From Diplonema japonicum (Eukaryota; Protista; Euglenozoa: Diplonemea), in NCBI GenBank assembly GCA_964019335.1, contig OZ025691.1, forward strand, positions 62,001 through 126,000: a stretch of DNA of 64,000 nucleotides. The letters run 5' to 3'. Numbering within the stretch: the stretch's first letter is position 1; each line of letters starts with the position of its first letter. Shown piece after piece: positions 35,630-48,089 of the stretch. The notes under the pieces are model-generated. The model was not told the origin of the DNA, searched no databases, and saw nothing but the letters and a program-made list of their open reading frames with translations. The translations under genes and the position numbers were made by a program.

Positions 35630-35953
35630 CACAGCTCGATCAAGCTCCTGCACCTTCCTACAGAAGACCTGACACCCCCCTCTCTTAACGATCTGATCAG
35701 AGGCGTAAATTTTATAAAAGAGGTCAACGATACCTCTAAAGCTGTTGTCGTGCACTGCGCCAAGGGCATCGGGAGGACCGGCACCATGCTGGGGGCGTAC
35801 TTTATCGTGCAAGACCGAATGCCTGCCTTCAAAGCAATCGAATGTGTTAGAGAGAGACGGCCTGGTTCCATTCACAAAAAGGCACAAGAAGCGATGCTGT
35901 ACGAGCTGGAAGCAGAAGTTCTTGGTCAGAGTTCAAAACCAGCTGAATTCTGA
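35327..35953 (+). CDS. Dual-specificity protein phosphatase
   Basis: VVHCAKGIGRTG CX5R motif, RRPGSI; poly(A) intron 35584-35634. Confidence 0.92.
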
Positions 35954-36044
35954 TTTTTTTTTTCTTTCTCTTTCTTTTTTTTAGATTTTGAGAGATCCCC
36001 TCCCCCTCGCTTGCACTGAAGGTCTCGGCAAGTTAGGAGGTCAC

Positions 36045-36085
<41 letters not shown>

Positions 36086-36391
36086 TTTTTTTGTGCGAAG
36101 AAGAAAAGAAAGAAAAAAGGAGGGGGAGGGAGAACGAAAAAAAGAAAAAAAAGAAAAAAAAAAGGAAAGTATAGTTGTAAATATTTGCTGTTTTTGCTGT
36201 AAAACGAAAGATTTTTTTTTTTTTTTTTTTCGTCATAAGAAAAGAAAAAAAGAAGGAAAAAAAGTTTTTCGTCTTTTTCTTCCCCCCCCCTTTTTTTGAG
36301 AAGCAAACTAAGAAAGTCTCCTGAGGGCATATCTGCCAAAAGGCCAAAGGCCGTACTCATGCTGCATGGATAAAAAAAAAATGGAAAAAAG

Positions 36392-36712
36392 AAAAAAAAA
36401 TAACTATTTGTTGCCAACAAATTATGAGTCATTGTATTTGAGTCACTCACTCTTCACAGCTTTCACACTGCTGTTTTTTTCACGCAGGTCAGCTTTTTTG
36501 TGGATCTTCCCAAGGTAATACAGGGTAGCTATTTCGCCGTGGTATTTTAAGGGGAAGTAAGGCACTTATTCCCACTTTTAAGGGCCGGAATGGCCTCAGA
36601 TGGCCAAAATACCCCATCCCCCAAAAAAAAAACTTTTCAAGGGGTTAGATACCGCGCTAAATAATGAGGCCCCTAGTGAGTGAAGAAAATGACGAAGAGT
36701 GAAATAAAAAAA
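36392..36712. mobile_element. MITE-like repeat copy 2, inverted relative to copy 1
   Basis: Shared blocks, e.g. GTCATTTTCTTCACTCACTAGGGGCCTCA and CACGGCGAAATAGCTACCCTGTATTACCTT. Confidence 0.65.
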
Positions 36713-36876
36713 GAAAAACCAACAGTCTGCTGACATCGAGGTGGGGGCCCGCAACCTGTGCCGTGGCTTTAAAAAGTTATGAGAAGCAATGAGGCGCCCT
36801 TCCCAGTGGCGATCTGAGCTTCAGCACGAGCTGTGGTGAGGAAGCAAGAGGAAAGGGTGTTTTTTTTCTTTCTTTT

Positions 36877-36909
<33 letters not shown>

Positions 36910-37108
36910 CCCCTTTACAGTACCTTTTTTTTTCCCAGGGGGGGGAGAAAAAAAAACACCCTCCACCCGGGTGGCAATGGAAGGCTTTTCTCGTGTTTTT
37001 TTTTTCCCCCCTGTGCTTTTTTCTTGTAATGAACAAAAAAAAAAAAAAAAAAGAAAGAAAAAAAAAGTAGTAACCGTTATGCAAAGAATAACACTATTCT
37101 TTTTTTTT

Positions 37109-37146
37109 ACCAACGATTCTAAAGCTACAGTTTCTGTACTTTATTG
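37109..37146 (+). other. Spliced-leader exon copy fused to repeat copy 2
   Basis: Same 38-mer as 2557-2594; followed by GGTG rather than an SL intron. Confidence 0.93.
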
Positions 37147-37149
37147 GGT

Positions 37150-37472
37150 GGTGGGGATAACATGGAAATATAAGAAGTACATCAGATGTGTTGTTCGCTG
37201 TTGACCTCCTCGTCGGTCATCACCGGTAGCGCCCGAGTGGAAGAACGTAACGCAGATGCTCAGGGTGACGAACAGGCAGCAAACTGCACGAGCGCAGAAT
37301 CTTGGTTACCCGGGACGCCCCGGCTAGGGTTGAGCACACCGCATGCATTAAGGACACGACGCGGAACGCAGAAGAAGCTACTGCTCGGCCGAGGAGCGCC
37401 CCCTGTAATCAAGTAGGTAGTTCGTGCTTCGTTGCACGCTTAACGCCACCTAGTGTTGCAATTAAAGCCCCA
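37150..37472 (+). repeat. 323-bp dispersed repeat, copy 2 (SL-headed retrocopy)
   Basis: Matches 34635-34949. Confidence 0.95.
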
Positions 37473-39109
37473 TTTTTTTTTTTTCTTTTTTGCGAAAATT
37501 GGGGGGGGTTTTTTTTCTCCTTTTTTTTTTAAAAAGCGTGCAGTGTGATCCTTTGAGACCAAACCCTCTTCAGCCTTGCACATCACAAGATCAGGAAGAT
37601 GGGGGGGATGGCACGCTGCACGCTAAAGTCTCGCAAATTCTATCGAAGTACTTGCTACTTAAACTTTCTCTCAGGAAAAAAAAAGGGGGGGGAGAGGGTA
37701 AAAAGAACCCCCTTCCCCCTTACCCCTCTCCCCCCTTAGCATTTACACATTTGCACATCCATGCCATGCCACCCGTTTTTGAGGGAAAGGGAAATAAGAA
37801 CCCCCTCCCCCCAAAGAAAAGGTACACCGTCTCTTTTTTTTTTTTTTTTTTTTCTCTCTCCTTTTCATGTTCCCTTCTTCCCCCTCTCTGTGCATTGAGA
37901 AGGGGGAGGCAGGTGAAATCATACGGAGAGGGGGGAGAAAAAATACAAAACACCCCCCCCCTTTTTTCTATTTATTGCCAACAGAATTTACTCGCCATAC
38001 CTTAGAACCGATAAAAAGGAGAGATGAAGAGATTTCCACTATTTTATATATCCGCGATTGAGGGGAGGGGGACTTCACTTTTTTTTTAGGTGGAGAGACA
38101 AGAATGGGTGACACTTTTATGCTGCTGGAACAAATACCCATCTTGTTCAACTATTCCCACTTGCACTTTTTTTTTTTTTTTTTTTTTTTTTTCTTTTTTT
38201 TTTTTCCTGCCACATGTCTGTGAGAGTTATTTGGTAAGGTCAATTGCTTCCTTTATTCAAGCAGCGCTTTACCGTCCCTCAAGCGGACTTTATATGTGGC
38301 CTGGAAAAAACTTTTTTATTGTCCCCCCATATTTCCACTTTTTTTTTTTTTCGTGATACCAAAAAAACGGAAAATTTATGGGAAACTTCTCAGTTGGTGA
38401 CTAAGCGCAAATCAAGCTCAAAAAAAAAAAAGAGAAAAAAAATGAAGACCGAGCATCAAAAAAAGGGGGAGGGGAGAGACACGCTGGACACTTGACTAAC
38501 TTAAAAAAAAAAGAAAATTTTTCTTTTTGTTTCGCCACACGTGGGCCCTGAAAGTTGAGATGACAGCACCTTTTCTGTCTTTGAGATGTTAAAAGCGGGG
38601 TTTTTTTTCTTTTTTTTTTTTCTTCTTTTTTTTCTTCCTTCCAATATTGCAAAAAAAAAAAAGAAAGAAAAACTAGTTTGGCGCTTCATTTGTTTGTGCG
38701 CACGAGCGGGATTTTACCTAATAAAGTAGCTCATTACGCTGTCACCAACTAGTTTTAGTTTCGGCAATATTTTTTATTTGCCAAAACAAATACTGCGCTC
38801 AGATATCAGATAGGCCGCAAGAAGAAAACAGAAAAAGAAAAAAAGGAAAAAAGAAAAAAAAGGGGGAGAAACCCCCCCCCCCCCCCCCCCCCCCGGCTGT
38901 CTAGAGTGCCTCCGTGTCGGATTCTGTGGCTTATGCGCTCGGTGTGGAATGCCGTAACCATGGGGGCAAAATTGAAAGGAGAAAAAAATAAAAATGGGGA
39001 GGGGAACTAACAAAAGATTTTTTTTTTTTTTTTCCCCTCTCACAATTCATGCAAAAAAAAGAAGAAAAATAATAATTAAAATAATAACCTTACAACATTG
39101 CCTCCCTCT

Positions 39110-39151
<42 letters not shown>

Positions 39152-40577
39152 TCTTTTGTATTCAAAGGAGAAAGAAAGGAAAAACGAGAAAAAGAAGAAA
39201 AGTAACAAAAGAACAGGAAAAACAAAAAAAAAATACCCCCTCTCCACCAACTACAGGACATAGTTAACAAGAAAAAAAGGGGGGGAAACTCCAATCCCAA
39301 CTGTTGCGTGTCCTCTCCCCCACCTTCTCGGGGTAGGGATGGGTCGGTGTGCCTGATAATTTGGTCCAGAATTTGCTATTTGATCTGCAAAATATTTTTT
39401 TTCCCCCTCTCCCCCCCTTTTTTAGACCTTCAGACAATGTGAAATGAAGCAAAACTGAAGGGGAAAATAAAAAGGAAGAAAATCACAGGATGCGAGGGTT
39501 TCAAGTTTTCCTCTAAGAGAAAAAAAAAAAAAAAAAAAAAAGAGGGAAAAAAAAGGGGGTAAAAAAAGATTTCCTTTCCTTCCTTTTCCATTTACACTAA
39601 CCTTAAGTTTAATGCCCCCCTGTCAAAGTTTGAGATGTGTACCACAAGTTGGATGGGGGGGGGGGGGGGGGGGGAGCAGACAAATCCGGGTCTCAGATTT
39701 TAACTGTAACTACGCAGCCCAGAAGATATGATGGTCGATAACTAAAAAAGGCATTTGGGTTGCATTCGTTCTCAGGGGGCTTTTTTTTTTGTAAAGGAAC
39801 CCCGAAAAGTATACTTGGATTTTCTTTTTTTTTTTCTTCTTTTTTTTTCTTTTTTTTTCGTTCTTTCCCTTCCTTTTATTGCGCAACATCCCCCTCCCCC
39901 CTCCCCGCCCTCATTACCCAGTACGAACTTACAGCAAAAAAAAAAAAGAATAAAAAGACGGGTAAAAGCAAAACCGAGGGAAGGCTCTGCATCCAAATCC
40001 CCCCCTCCAAAAAAAAGGAGTTTGTTCCTGACCGGGAGAAACAAAAGCAGCAGCATCAAAAAAAAAAAAAAAAAGAGAGAGAGAGAGAGGGAGGGAGGGA
40101 GGGGAAGAAAAAATACCCCCATTGGCAAAAGTAAACAATAGGTCATCGCGATTTCTTTTTTTTTTTCTTTTCCTTCTTTCGGTGTGCTTATTCTGTCTTT
40201 ATTTGTTAGTTTTCGGCGCTAAGAAAAAAAAGGGGGGGGGGGGGTGAACTATTAGTTAGCCACGCAGTTTGCACAGAAAACCCCCCCGATGACAGCAAAA
40301 CAGGGGGGGGGGGGGGGGTCATAATAGTTTCTCTTTTCTTTATTTTCGTCCCCCCCCCACCTTTCCCTTGCCCCAGTATATTTCTCTTCTTTTTTTTTTC
40401 TTTACTGTATTTTTTATATTCCTTTCTTTTCTTTTTTTTTTTTTCCCCCACTTGTCTGTCCTTTCTCCCCCCCCCCCCCCCTTTTTCCCCTCTTCCCACC
40501 CTGCCTTCATTTCTTTCAGACGAGGAAAGAAACAAGGGAAACAAAAAAAAAAAGAGGAGGGAGAAGGGGAGAGAAAG

Positions 40578-41351
40578 ATGGAGCAAGTGCAGCATAAGGG
40601 CGACGCGCATGTTGCGAAAAAAGGGAGGACAACAGAAATGCTACGGCGGGCGATGATTGCAGGGGCAGTAGCAGCACAAGGGGCTGCGTGTGTACTTGCT
40701 GTCGCGGCGACACATGCAATGGATTCACAATTGAGGGCGGTATTGCAACGAAGGGAGAGGGAAAAAAGATCACGGGAAAAGGAAACCGAACGAGACAAGG
40801 AACGCAAGCGCAGAAAACAACAACAACAAGCCCACAAAAGACTCCCGGAAAGCCCCATCGCAACAAATTCCATTTCCGTTGTCTCAGCGTCAGACATGCC
40901 ATCACCCTCTCCAGCAACACCTTCTCCAAGCTACCCAGATCCCATAGAACTGGGCCGTGACTGGTTGGATCAAACCTCATCAACTACAAGTTTTTCCGAG
41001 TGTACCTTTCTGATTTCACCTGTATTTCGAGTAGGGCAGGTGAGGCCGTACAAAGAAATCCAACGCAGCCATTCATGGGTTGACCCTATATCGATCAACC
41101 TTCCAAAGGATGAATCGCACTTCCATGCAGACCTCTCTGCCGGGCTGGTTGCGCTCCGCACGCAAGCTCTTCTCACAAATCTTCAAAACGCCACGAGGGA
41201 AGCTTCCGAAGGAAACAGCGAAGCTTCCAAATCGTTCATCACCGCCTCTGCCACCATACTGGACGCGCTCAAGACGTCATCCGACAAGGCAGCATTCCAA
41301 CACGCGCAAAAAGCCTATTCCGAAACTTGTGAAACGCTGCGCAAACGATAA
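40578..41351 (+). CDS. Hypothetical protein
   Basis: ORF after polyY-AG (40519) and purine-rich leader. Confidence 0.65.
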   Translation: MEQVQHKGDAHVAKKGRTTEMLRRAMIAGAVAAQGAACVLAVAATHAMDSQLRAVLQRREREKRSREKETERDKERKRRKQQQQAHKRLPESPIATNSISVVSASDMPSPSPATPSPSYPDPIELGRDWLDQTSSTTSFSECTFLISPVFRVGQVRPYKEIQRSHSWVDPISINLPKDESHFHADLSAGLVALRTQALLTNLQNATREASEGNSEASKSFITASATILDALKTSSDKAAFQHAQKAYSETCETLRKR

Positions 41352-41411
41352 TTTTTTTAAAAAAAAGATTTTTTTTTTTTTGCTTTAACCACCCCACCGC
41401 AGGACGCATGA

Positions 41412-44400
41412 ATGCCTGACCCCAGGCCCTACCATGACATTGGGGTCATCTCGGGAATCGATGACTTCACCGCTGCAGAGGGCATCATAGAATGCGTTGC
41501 CGTGGGGTACGGCATCGTCGTGTTGGGACTGAGCACCGGCGATATTCAAGTTGTAGCCGGGCCTACAAGAGAGACGGTTTTCATGATCACGTGCATTTCA
41601 GGAGGGCGTGTGGACCGGTTACAAGTGTTGGAAAAAAAAGAGGCCATCCTGTCGGTGGAGTCCAGCAAGGACCACGGCGGGAGGACCTGTGCTGTTCTGT
41701 ACCAGTTCACCGAACGCGCTTTTAAAGGAAACCTGGTGACACACACCATTCCAGTGACAGGGGGCAACATCACATCTGTGGCTGCATGCAAGTACACCGA
41801 CTCTATGGTAGTTTCAACCCAGCATATTGCAACGCTTTACCATCTACAGGCAGACCCTGAAGGTGGTGATTTTGTTGTTCCTGTTGCGGAGATTCACACC
41901 CCTGTGATGTTGGTGCATGTTGTGGTGTTGGGCAATGTTGTTGGGTACGCTTCAGCGGACGTTCTGTGGTGTGTGCGGGTGGAGAGCGGAGAGGGCGAGA
42001 ACGGGGGGGAGACGCGTCATGATGATATCGAGCGGTGTCCCCTTGCCAGCGGGGGGACCCAAGCCGTTATCGACGATGCTTATCTTGAGGTCAAGTTTTA
42101 TAAGCGGAACAACGGCAGCCCTTCGTCATCTACCGAGTCATACTCACCCTCTGAAGCTGCATCCTCGTCTCGAAAGTTCATTGGAATGCTGATGAGCGCG
42201 CAAGGGTCCGTCACTTCATGTGTCAATCCTCAGCCTATCTCCCCAAGAAGGTACGCCTTCTCCAAAAAGCGCACCACCCACATTACCTTGATACATGCAG
42301 ACGGGACGGAGAATGAAGTTACGAACTGGGACACGCACCGTACCCTCGAGGTCACCGGGGGGTTCAACCACACGGACCATCCTGTTTTCTTTCTTGCTCC
42401 CACATCTGGATCCTGCAAGCTGCTTTATAAAAAGCGTGTTTCTCACGAAGGGGATTTCAAGCACATCAGCCTAACACCGTGCAACACTGGTACCACGCTT
42501 ACTGTCGGCACCGCGTCTGTTGACATCCGCCTGCTCACCATCACATCGAACAGGGGACACGTCATGGACCTGCGTGGTGAAGGGATCTGTGACTACACGT
42601 TCGGCTCGCCGTGCAGGATATGTTGCAGCAACGACATGTTCGTGTTCGTCTTCACGCAAAGCGGTGCGCTTGAAACATACCCACTGCGGGGCAGGACACC
42701 TCAGGAAGGGCTGCGCACTGCAAACGGTGTCCCGTGGATGAGCCCGTTTGTGAAGATGGCCTCACACTTGCAAACGAAGATACCTTTTTCACCTGTGCTG
42801 CAAATGGCGTGCAGCGATGAAACCCTTTTCATGCTGCACGAACCGCACGCCATCTCCCACCCTTACGAAGACTCCGAACCACGCGGGTCATGGAACACCA
42901 ACGTCGGAAGCGGTTCAGGCGGCGGGAGCCCCCACCTCAAAGCAGGCAGGATGCGTGCAGCGTCTGCAGCCTCTTCTGTGTCGTCCGCACCTGGCATCAT
43001 CGTGACAAACGCCGCACGCGAGAACCACTTCGGAACCGGGTGCTGCAACGGGTCCTCAGGCAGGCTAGCATCACCCGCCGAGCTTCTCCAAGAAGTTCTC
43101 AAGGAACACAAGCGGCGTGCTTTCATCAATGAAGCGCTTTCAATCCCAGTCATCCACGAGGGATACCTTGCATTGCAGTCTAAAATAAGTAGCTTAAAGG
43201 TCGCAGCTGCAACACTTGGCCAGACTGTGAACGTGTCCTCACTCACAGTCCAAATGGAGCTCAACAACACAATCACACTGGGAGAATCGCTGGCGTCGAT
43301 ACTTGGCGACATTTACCTCAAGATGGAACAGGCGGCCAAGAAGCAGAAGCTGCAAGACTCGCCCAAGTCCCCTGAAGCCACAGGTTCTTCCAAGAGTGGG
43401 TGGAGCCAGTCCATTGGGGATGGACTGTCAGAACGTGACACCAACTCGGTGACTGGTAGCTGTGCTGACCCTCCCCTGACGGGGACATGGGACGAAGCAC
43501 TTAACCTGTCGCTCAACCGTGACCCGCGCAGTTCCATGCACAGCACAAGCACGCCTACCGACTCCATCAAGCGCAGCTGGGCGTTCTATGCTTTCTGCGA
43601 CAGGACATTCAGGCAAGTTGTGCACTTGCTCCGCAAGGACCAGTGGTCTCTGATGTCCTATCTTGAACAAACACTGTTCTCCGATCAACGCCCGAAGATG
43701 TTGTCATCAACCCCCTCGAAGCCCTTCGTGCCGGAGGAACTGGGGAACTCGTTGCTGGCTGTGTATGCGAAGACGATGCCGCACAAGCTGTGCTCAGTGG
43801 TCTGGGACAGCTGGCTTGGAAGAGCAAAAGGCGGGATGGCGTGTTTTAGTGCGGGGCAGGCTGGAAGGTTGTTGCTTGAGGGGATCAAGCGGGGACCCGG
43901 GATGCTGTCAGGGCAACAGTGTATGGAGACAGAGCTGTCAACACGCACAATGTCGTTCAAGTCAGATGTCGATGATGTGGTGCGTATCGAGGGACTTGCT
44001 AGTTCATGGGGGTATGTAAACCCCAAGGAGCAATTCGTGTTGGGACTTCTCTTGCTAGAGGACGGTGACATCCGTGGGTGTGTGGACGCGCTGTCCACCG
44101 TGGACGGGTCAGCACTTATTGAGTTGGCATCCTCTTCGCGGCACCTGTGGGAACCAGATGTGCACGACACGGACATCGATGATGAAATGCTACACCTCAC
44201 CCTCCCCACTGCCTCTCTAGCTGCACTCGCCGAAGCTGTTCAGCACCCATCCCCACACCCCTCGTCTCTTACAATGGGTTCTTTGATCGCACTCTACTTC
44301 CCTTGGTTCCTCCTGCCTGTCCTCGTTGCCGCAAGAGACAAATTCCTGCTTCCAATCTCTTCAGCCGCGCGCCTCTTCAACATGGCATCACACCAGCCCG

Positions 44401-45510
44401 GTCTTCTCCTCTCTAAATTCCTTGTGCACTGTATCACTAGCCATGGCCCGGTCTGTACATCAATTGGGACACCAAAACGGCGAAAACCCAGAGCACACAA
44501 TAACGAAGTTGCACTTCAAACGTACACAGCTTGCCACTTGCTTAAAGAAATTGTATGTGAGGAATATCTTAAAATCGTGAAACACATGATTTCCGGGCGA
44601 AAATCTCTCAGCAGCAGACGTACCCAAGTGGTTACGGGGCTCGCCTGCTAAGCGAGTGTGCTCTGCATGCGCAGGTTCAAACCCTGCCGTCTGCGACTTT
44701 TTTTATTGGGGGAATTTTTCAATTACACGACAGGTCGAGTGTGGTCAGAAATGCCAGGCCAGAGATATCATGTTGGAAATAAGCAGCTCGCAAGGTATAC
44801 ATTATTTTCCTCTTCTTGTACACTATTGTACAGGCACCCCGCCACAAGAAGTTTGGATACGAGGCCTGAACATTGGTGACAACATACCGAAGCTGCCGAG
44901 ACTGAGCGAATTCATTAAAATGATGGAGACAGAGAGGGAACTGGGGAAGGTTTCTTGCTTCGAAGGAAGGCCTTGTTGGATGGAAGGGCTCACTGCTGAA
45001 CAAGAAGGAGAGATCAGCGGAACAGCAGAAGAGGAACTTGCGTATTCGTACCAAGCATTGAGAAGCTTGCTGTGGGCCAATGAAGTGGACGAACAAGTAT
45101 CGAAAGGGATCTTAGGTTCGCTGTCCGACGGATCAGATTTGTGCAGCAGTACGAATTACATCAATTTGGCTGTGGTTGTGCTTGTGAAGGCTGCGAGGAT
45201 TCCCGAGGCGATGACGCTGCTAGAGCCGCATCTTTCGCCTTCTCGAATGCTCGCCTTTGCGTTGACTCACTGCAACACGGATCCTTCACACTGGAAACCC
45301 CTTGTGACGCACTTAATCACCACTAACAACAAGTCCCTTCTTACGTTGCTGCTCAATAAACTTGCTACACACCTCTCCCTTCAGGGCTTCATCGACCTCC
45401 TCCCCGCCGACGGCAACACCAGATTCTTCTTGCCATTCATAACAGTAGCATTCGACGCGCACAAGACTACCCTCCTTCAAGACCCCACAGCGGACGACGC
45501 CCTCGCGTGA
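41412..45510 (+). CDS. HPS3: HPS3-like (BLOC-2 subunit)
   Basis: LETYPLR and C-terminal FIDLLPADGNTRFFLPFI resemble HPS3 from memory; introns 44553-44611, 44675-44733, 44795-44833 give a continuous frame. Confidence 0.6.
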
Positions 45511-45596
45511 TGATCCTTTTGTCTTCTTTCCAATCGATCTCTTTTTTTTCATCCCCCTTTTCTAAATCGGAATTCACAGAATGATGGCAGTCTGAC

Positions 45597-47693
45597 ATGT
45601 CGTACAGGTTGCTCTTACAAAAAGTAAGAGGGTCTTTCCAAGAGGAGCAGGATGCCGAGACGCAGAGCCACTTGGTGCTCTTGAAGAGAAAGCTTCTTGG
45701 TAAAGATGCTGCATCCAAACTGAACATGATGCATTCAAGGGTGAGGCACGAACTAGCAGTGCATGCAAACTGCAGTAGTCAAGACGACATCAGACAGTTT
45801 ATTGAAGGGATGTGGCGGATCGGAGTGAAGAACATCACAAAAAGGTGTCTGGAGGGGTGCGAAACATTACGACGGGAGGGCATTAATCACGAGGAAACAC
45901 ACGCTTTCATGAGGAGGACCCTCGCGGCAGCTGGAGAACGACGAAGCGTGGTGTTGCAGGTTGCACCCCCTGAAGATATCCCTTCTGTGCAATGCGACCC
46001 GTTAATGACCCCACGAGCCAAGAGTGAGAGCGGCGAAGAAGATTACCCTAACCAGCATTTGAGCCCATATGCAGCAAGTCCCATGTCAGATACACGAACC
46101 GAGCCCACATCTTTCCCAAGAGAATCAACCCCGGAACTTCTAAAGACCATCCCACAGCGAGCAACACAGCAAGAGGTGGTACAGATGCAGAAGAAGGGGA
46201 ACGAGAAGATAAAAGCGCAACAGAAGGAAAAACAGAAAAGGAAAGAATCAGAACGCGAGCAGAGCGTTGAAAGCAACGCAGAAAAAGAAAGAGAAGCGCA
46301 AAAGGAAGCAGAAAAACAGCAGAAAGAAATTGAAAAAGAAAGAAAAGAAGAACAAGAAATCGAGCGGTTTAAGGAAAAAGAACGGGAAAGGGCAAGGGAA
46401 AAAGAAGCAGAACGAAAGAAAAGGATAGAAGAAAGGGAAAGGGAAGTAGAACAGAACCAAAGGAAAGAAAGAAAACTGAGAGAAAAGGAAAAGACAATGG
46501 AGAAAGAAGCAGAAAGAAGAAAGAAAATCGAGGAAAAGGAGCGGAGAGAATTCGAAAAGGAAGTGGAGAAAGAAGCAAGAGAAACGGAAAAAGAGATCAC
46601 GAGGCTCAGGGAAAAGGAAAGAGAAGCGGAAAAAAGAAAAAAAGAAGAAGAAAAAGAACGGGAACTGAGAGAAAAGGAAGAAGAGATCAAAAGACTTAAA
46701 GAAAGGGAAAGGGAGAAGGAGCTCAAAGCGAGGGAAAAGGAGAAGGAGATAGAGAGACTCAAGGAGAAGGAGAAAGAAAGGGAAAAGGAAATCGAACAAC
46801 TGAAAAAAAACATTCCTAAAAAAAGAACGCCACCACCACAAGCACCACCTCCCAGAGAGAAAAAAACAGAAGAGGAAAGAATACAGGGTTTGAAGGAAGC
46901 CGTGTCAAGGCTGGAAGCTGCACAAAAAGAGTTTGAAATGATGAAAAAATCAACTGATACACCGGAAGACACGAAATCGAAAAAGAGGAGAAAACCTCGG
47001 AAGCCTTCAACCCCACCGCCAGAGAATACATCACAACTTGAAAGGCTGCGTCAGGTTGGGAAAACCAGCGAAAACGTCGACGAACCTGAACTCGTACCGC
47101 CGCCACCAAAGCTTCCAGTTGAGGATATTACCAAACAAGAGTTAAGAGCAAGGCGAAAGCTGAAGAAGTCTGAACAACACATATGGCGTGTGGTCCTGAT
47201 TCTCGACACGGAAGAAAAGGAAAAGTGTGGCAGACGTAAAATCGAAAAGCAGTGGACGGAAGCCTTGGAAGCAATATCAGGCACGATGACACGCTCTGTC
47301 CTAAAGCCCCCTGCGCTGCCGCAGATCCACACTGCCCTGCACATTAAAGGCCTTAAAGGTAGGCCAGAGTACAATAACAAAATAGGATGGGTGGTGAGGT
47401 ACTATGAAGGGCAGGTCTGTGTCCATATAGATGGTATGGGTTCGCAGGAATTTGTCTTGAAGCCTTCGAATTACGTGGTGTTGAGGAAGCCGCAACAGAG
47501 GGCAGCAAGCTTGGTCAACGGTGGGGAGAGAGGAAGAGCCCTCGCTCAACAGCGACGAGCGACCATGGGGTGTCCCCCCTTGCCGGCCCCAAGCCTCCCT
47601 CACGAGAAAACACAGCCTCAACAGCGGCATCAAGACCCTGTCCCATTGCCGCATCTTCCTGTCCTTCCTTGTGCAGTGGCTGCCTCGCATTAA
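45597..47693 (+). CDS. Hypothetical protein with long E/K/R-rich helix and small C-terminal beta domain
   Basis: 698-aa ORF; IKGLKGRPEYNNKIGWV..LKPSN motif. Confidence 0.8.
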   Translation: MSYRLLLQKVRGSFQEEQDAETQSHLVLLKRKLLGKDAASKLNMMHSRVRHELAVHANCSSQDDIRQFIEGMWRIGVKNITKRCLEGCETLRREGINHEETHAFMRRTLAAAGERRSVVLQVAPPEDIPSVQCDPLMTPRAKSESGEEDYPNQHLSPYAASPMSDTRTEPTSFPRESTPELLKTIPQRATQQEVVQMQKKGNEKIKAQQKEKQKRKESEREQSVESNAEKEREAQKEAEKQQKEIEKERKEEQEIERFKEKERERAREKEAERKKRIEEREREVEQNQRKERKLREKEKTMEKEAERRKKIEEKERREFEKEVEKEARETEKEITRLREKEREAEKRKKEEEKERELREKEEEIKRLKEREREKELKAREKEKEIERLKEKEKEREKEIEQLKKNIPKKRTPPPQAPPPREKKTEEERIQGLKEAVSRLEAAQKEFEMMKKSTDTPEDTKSKKRRKPRKPSTPPPENTSQLERLRQVGKTSENVDEPELVPPPPKLPVEDITKQELRARRKLKKSEQHIWRVVLILDTEEKEKCGRRKIEKQWTEALEAISGTMTRSVLKPPALPQIHTALHIKGLKGRPEYNNKIGWVVRYYEGQVCVHIDGMGSQEFVLKPSNYVVLRKPQQRAASLVNGGERGRALAQQRRATMGCPPLPAPSLPHEKTQPQQRHQDPVPLPHLPVLPCAVAASH

Positions 47694-48089
47694 AAATAAA
47701 GATCAGTTCTTTCCAGATCTGACAAACCATTTCAGAGAAGGGGGTTTTTTATTTTCTCCTTTTACCCTCGTTCTCTTCAAACGGCATACATTTCCTTTCC
47801 TATTTCTCCCCCCCTTCCTGCCCCTCTTTTTTTTTTTTTTTTTTTTTTTTCCTTTTTTTTTTCGATTTTTTTTTGTTTTGTTTTTTTTTTTTGTTTTCCT
47901 TTTCTTCTTTCTCTTTCTTTATCAAAAAGAGCCCGTCCATTCGCTGCATCCATTCTTTTCTTTTTTTTTTATACACCGCCCTTCCTCCCCTTTTTTTTTC
48001 TTCCATGGCTGTTTTTCTCTTTCCTTTTCTTTTTTTTTACACATCCCAGGAAAGGAGGGAGGGAGGGGGGTGGGGCGGGAAGGAGTAAA

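Noticed and set aside
37109-37250. SL RNA gene
   Set aside because: Exon is followed by GGTG, not a GT donor with SL intron; no tandem SL array. The same applies to 2557-2594
29585-40400. Many short poly-Phe/poly-Lys/poly-Gly ORFs in the ORF track
   Set aside because: Artefacts of intergenic homopolymer runs; no protein-like composition
46043-46972. Long antisense ORFs (also 61084-63276, 1504-2211)
   Set aside because: Shadows of E/K-rich or codon-biased sense genes
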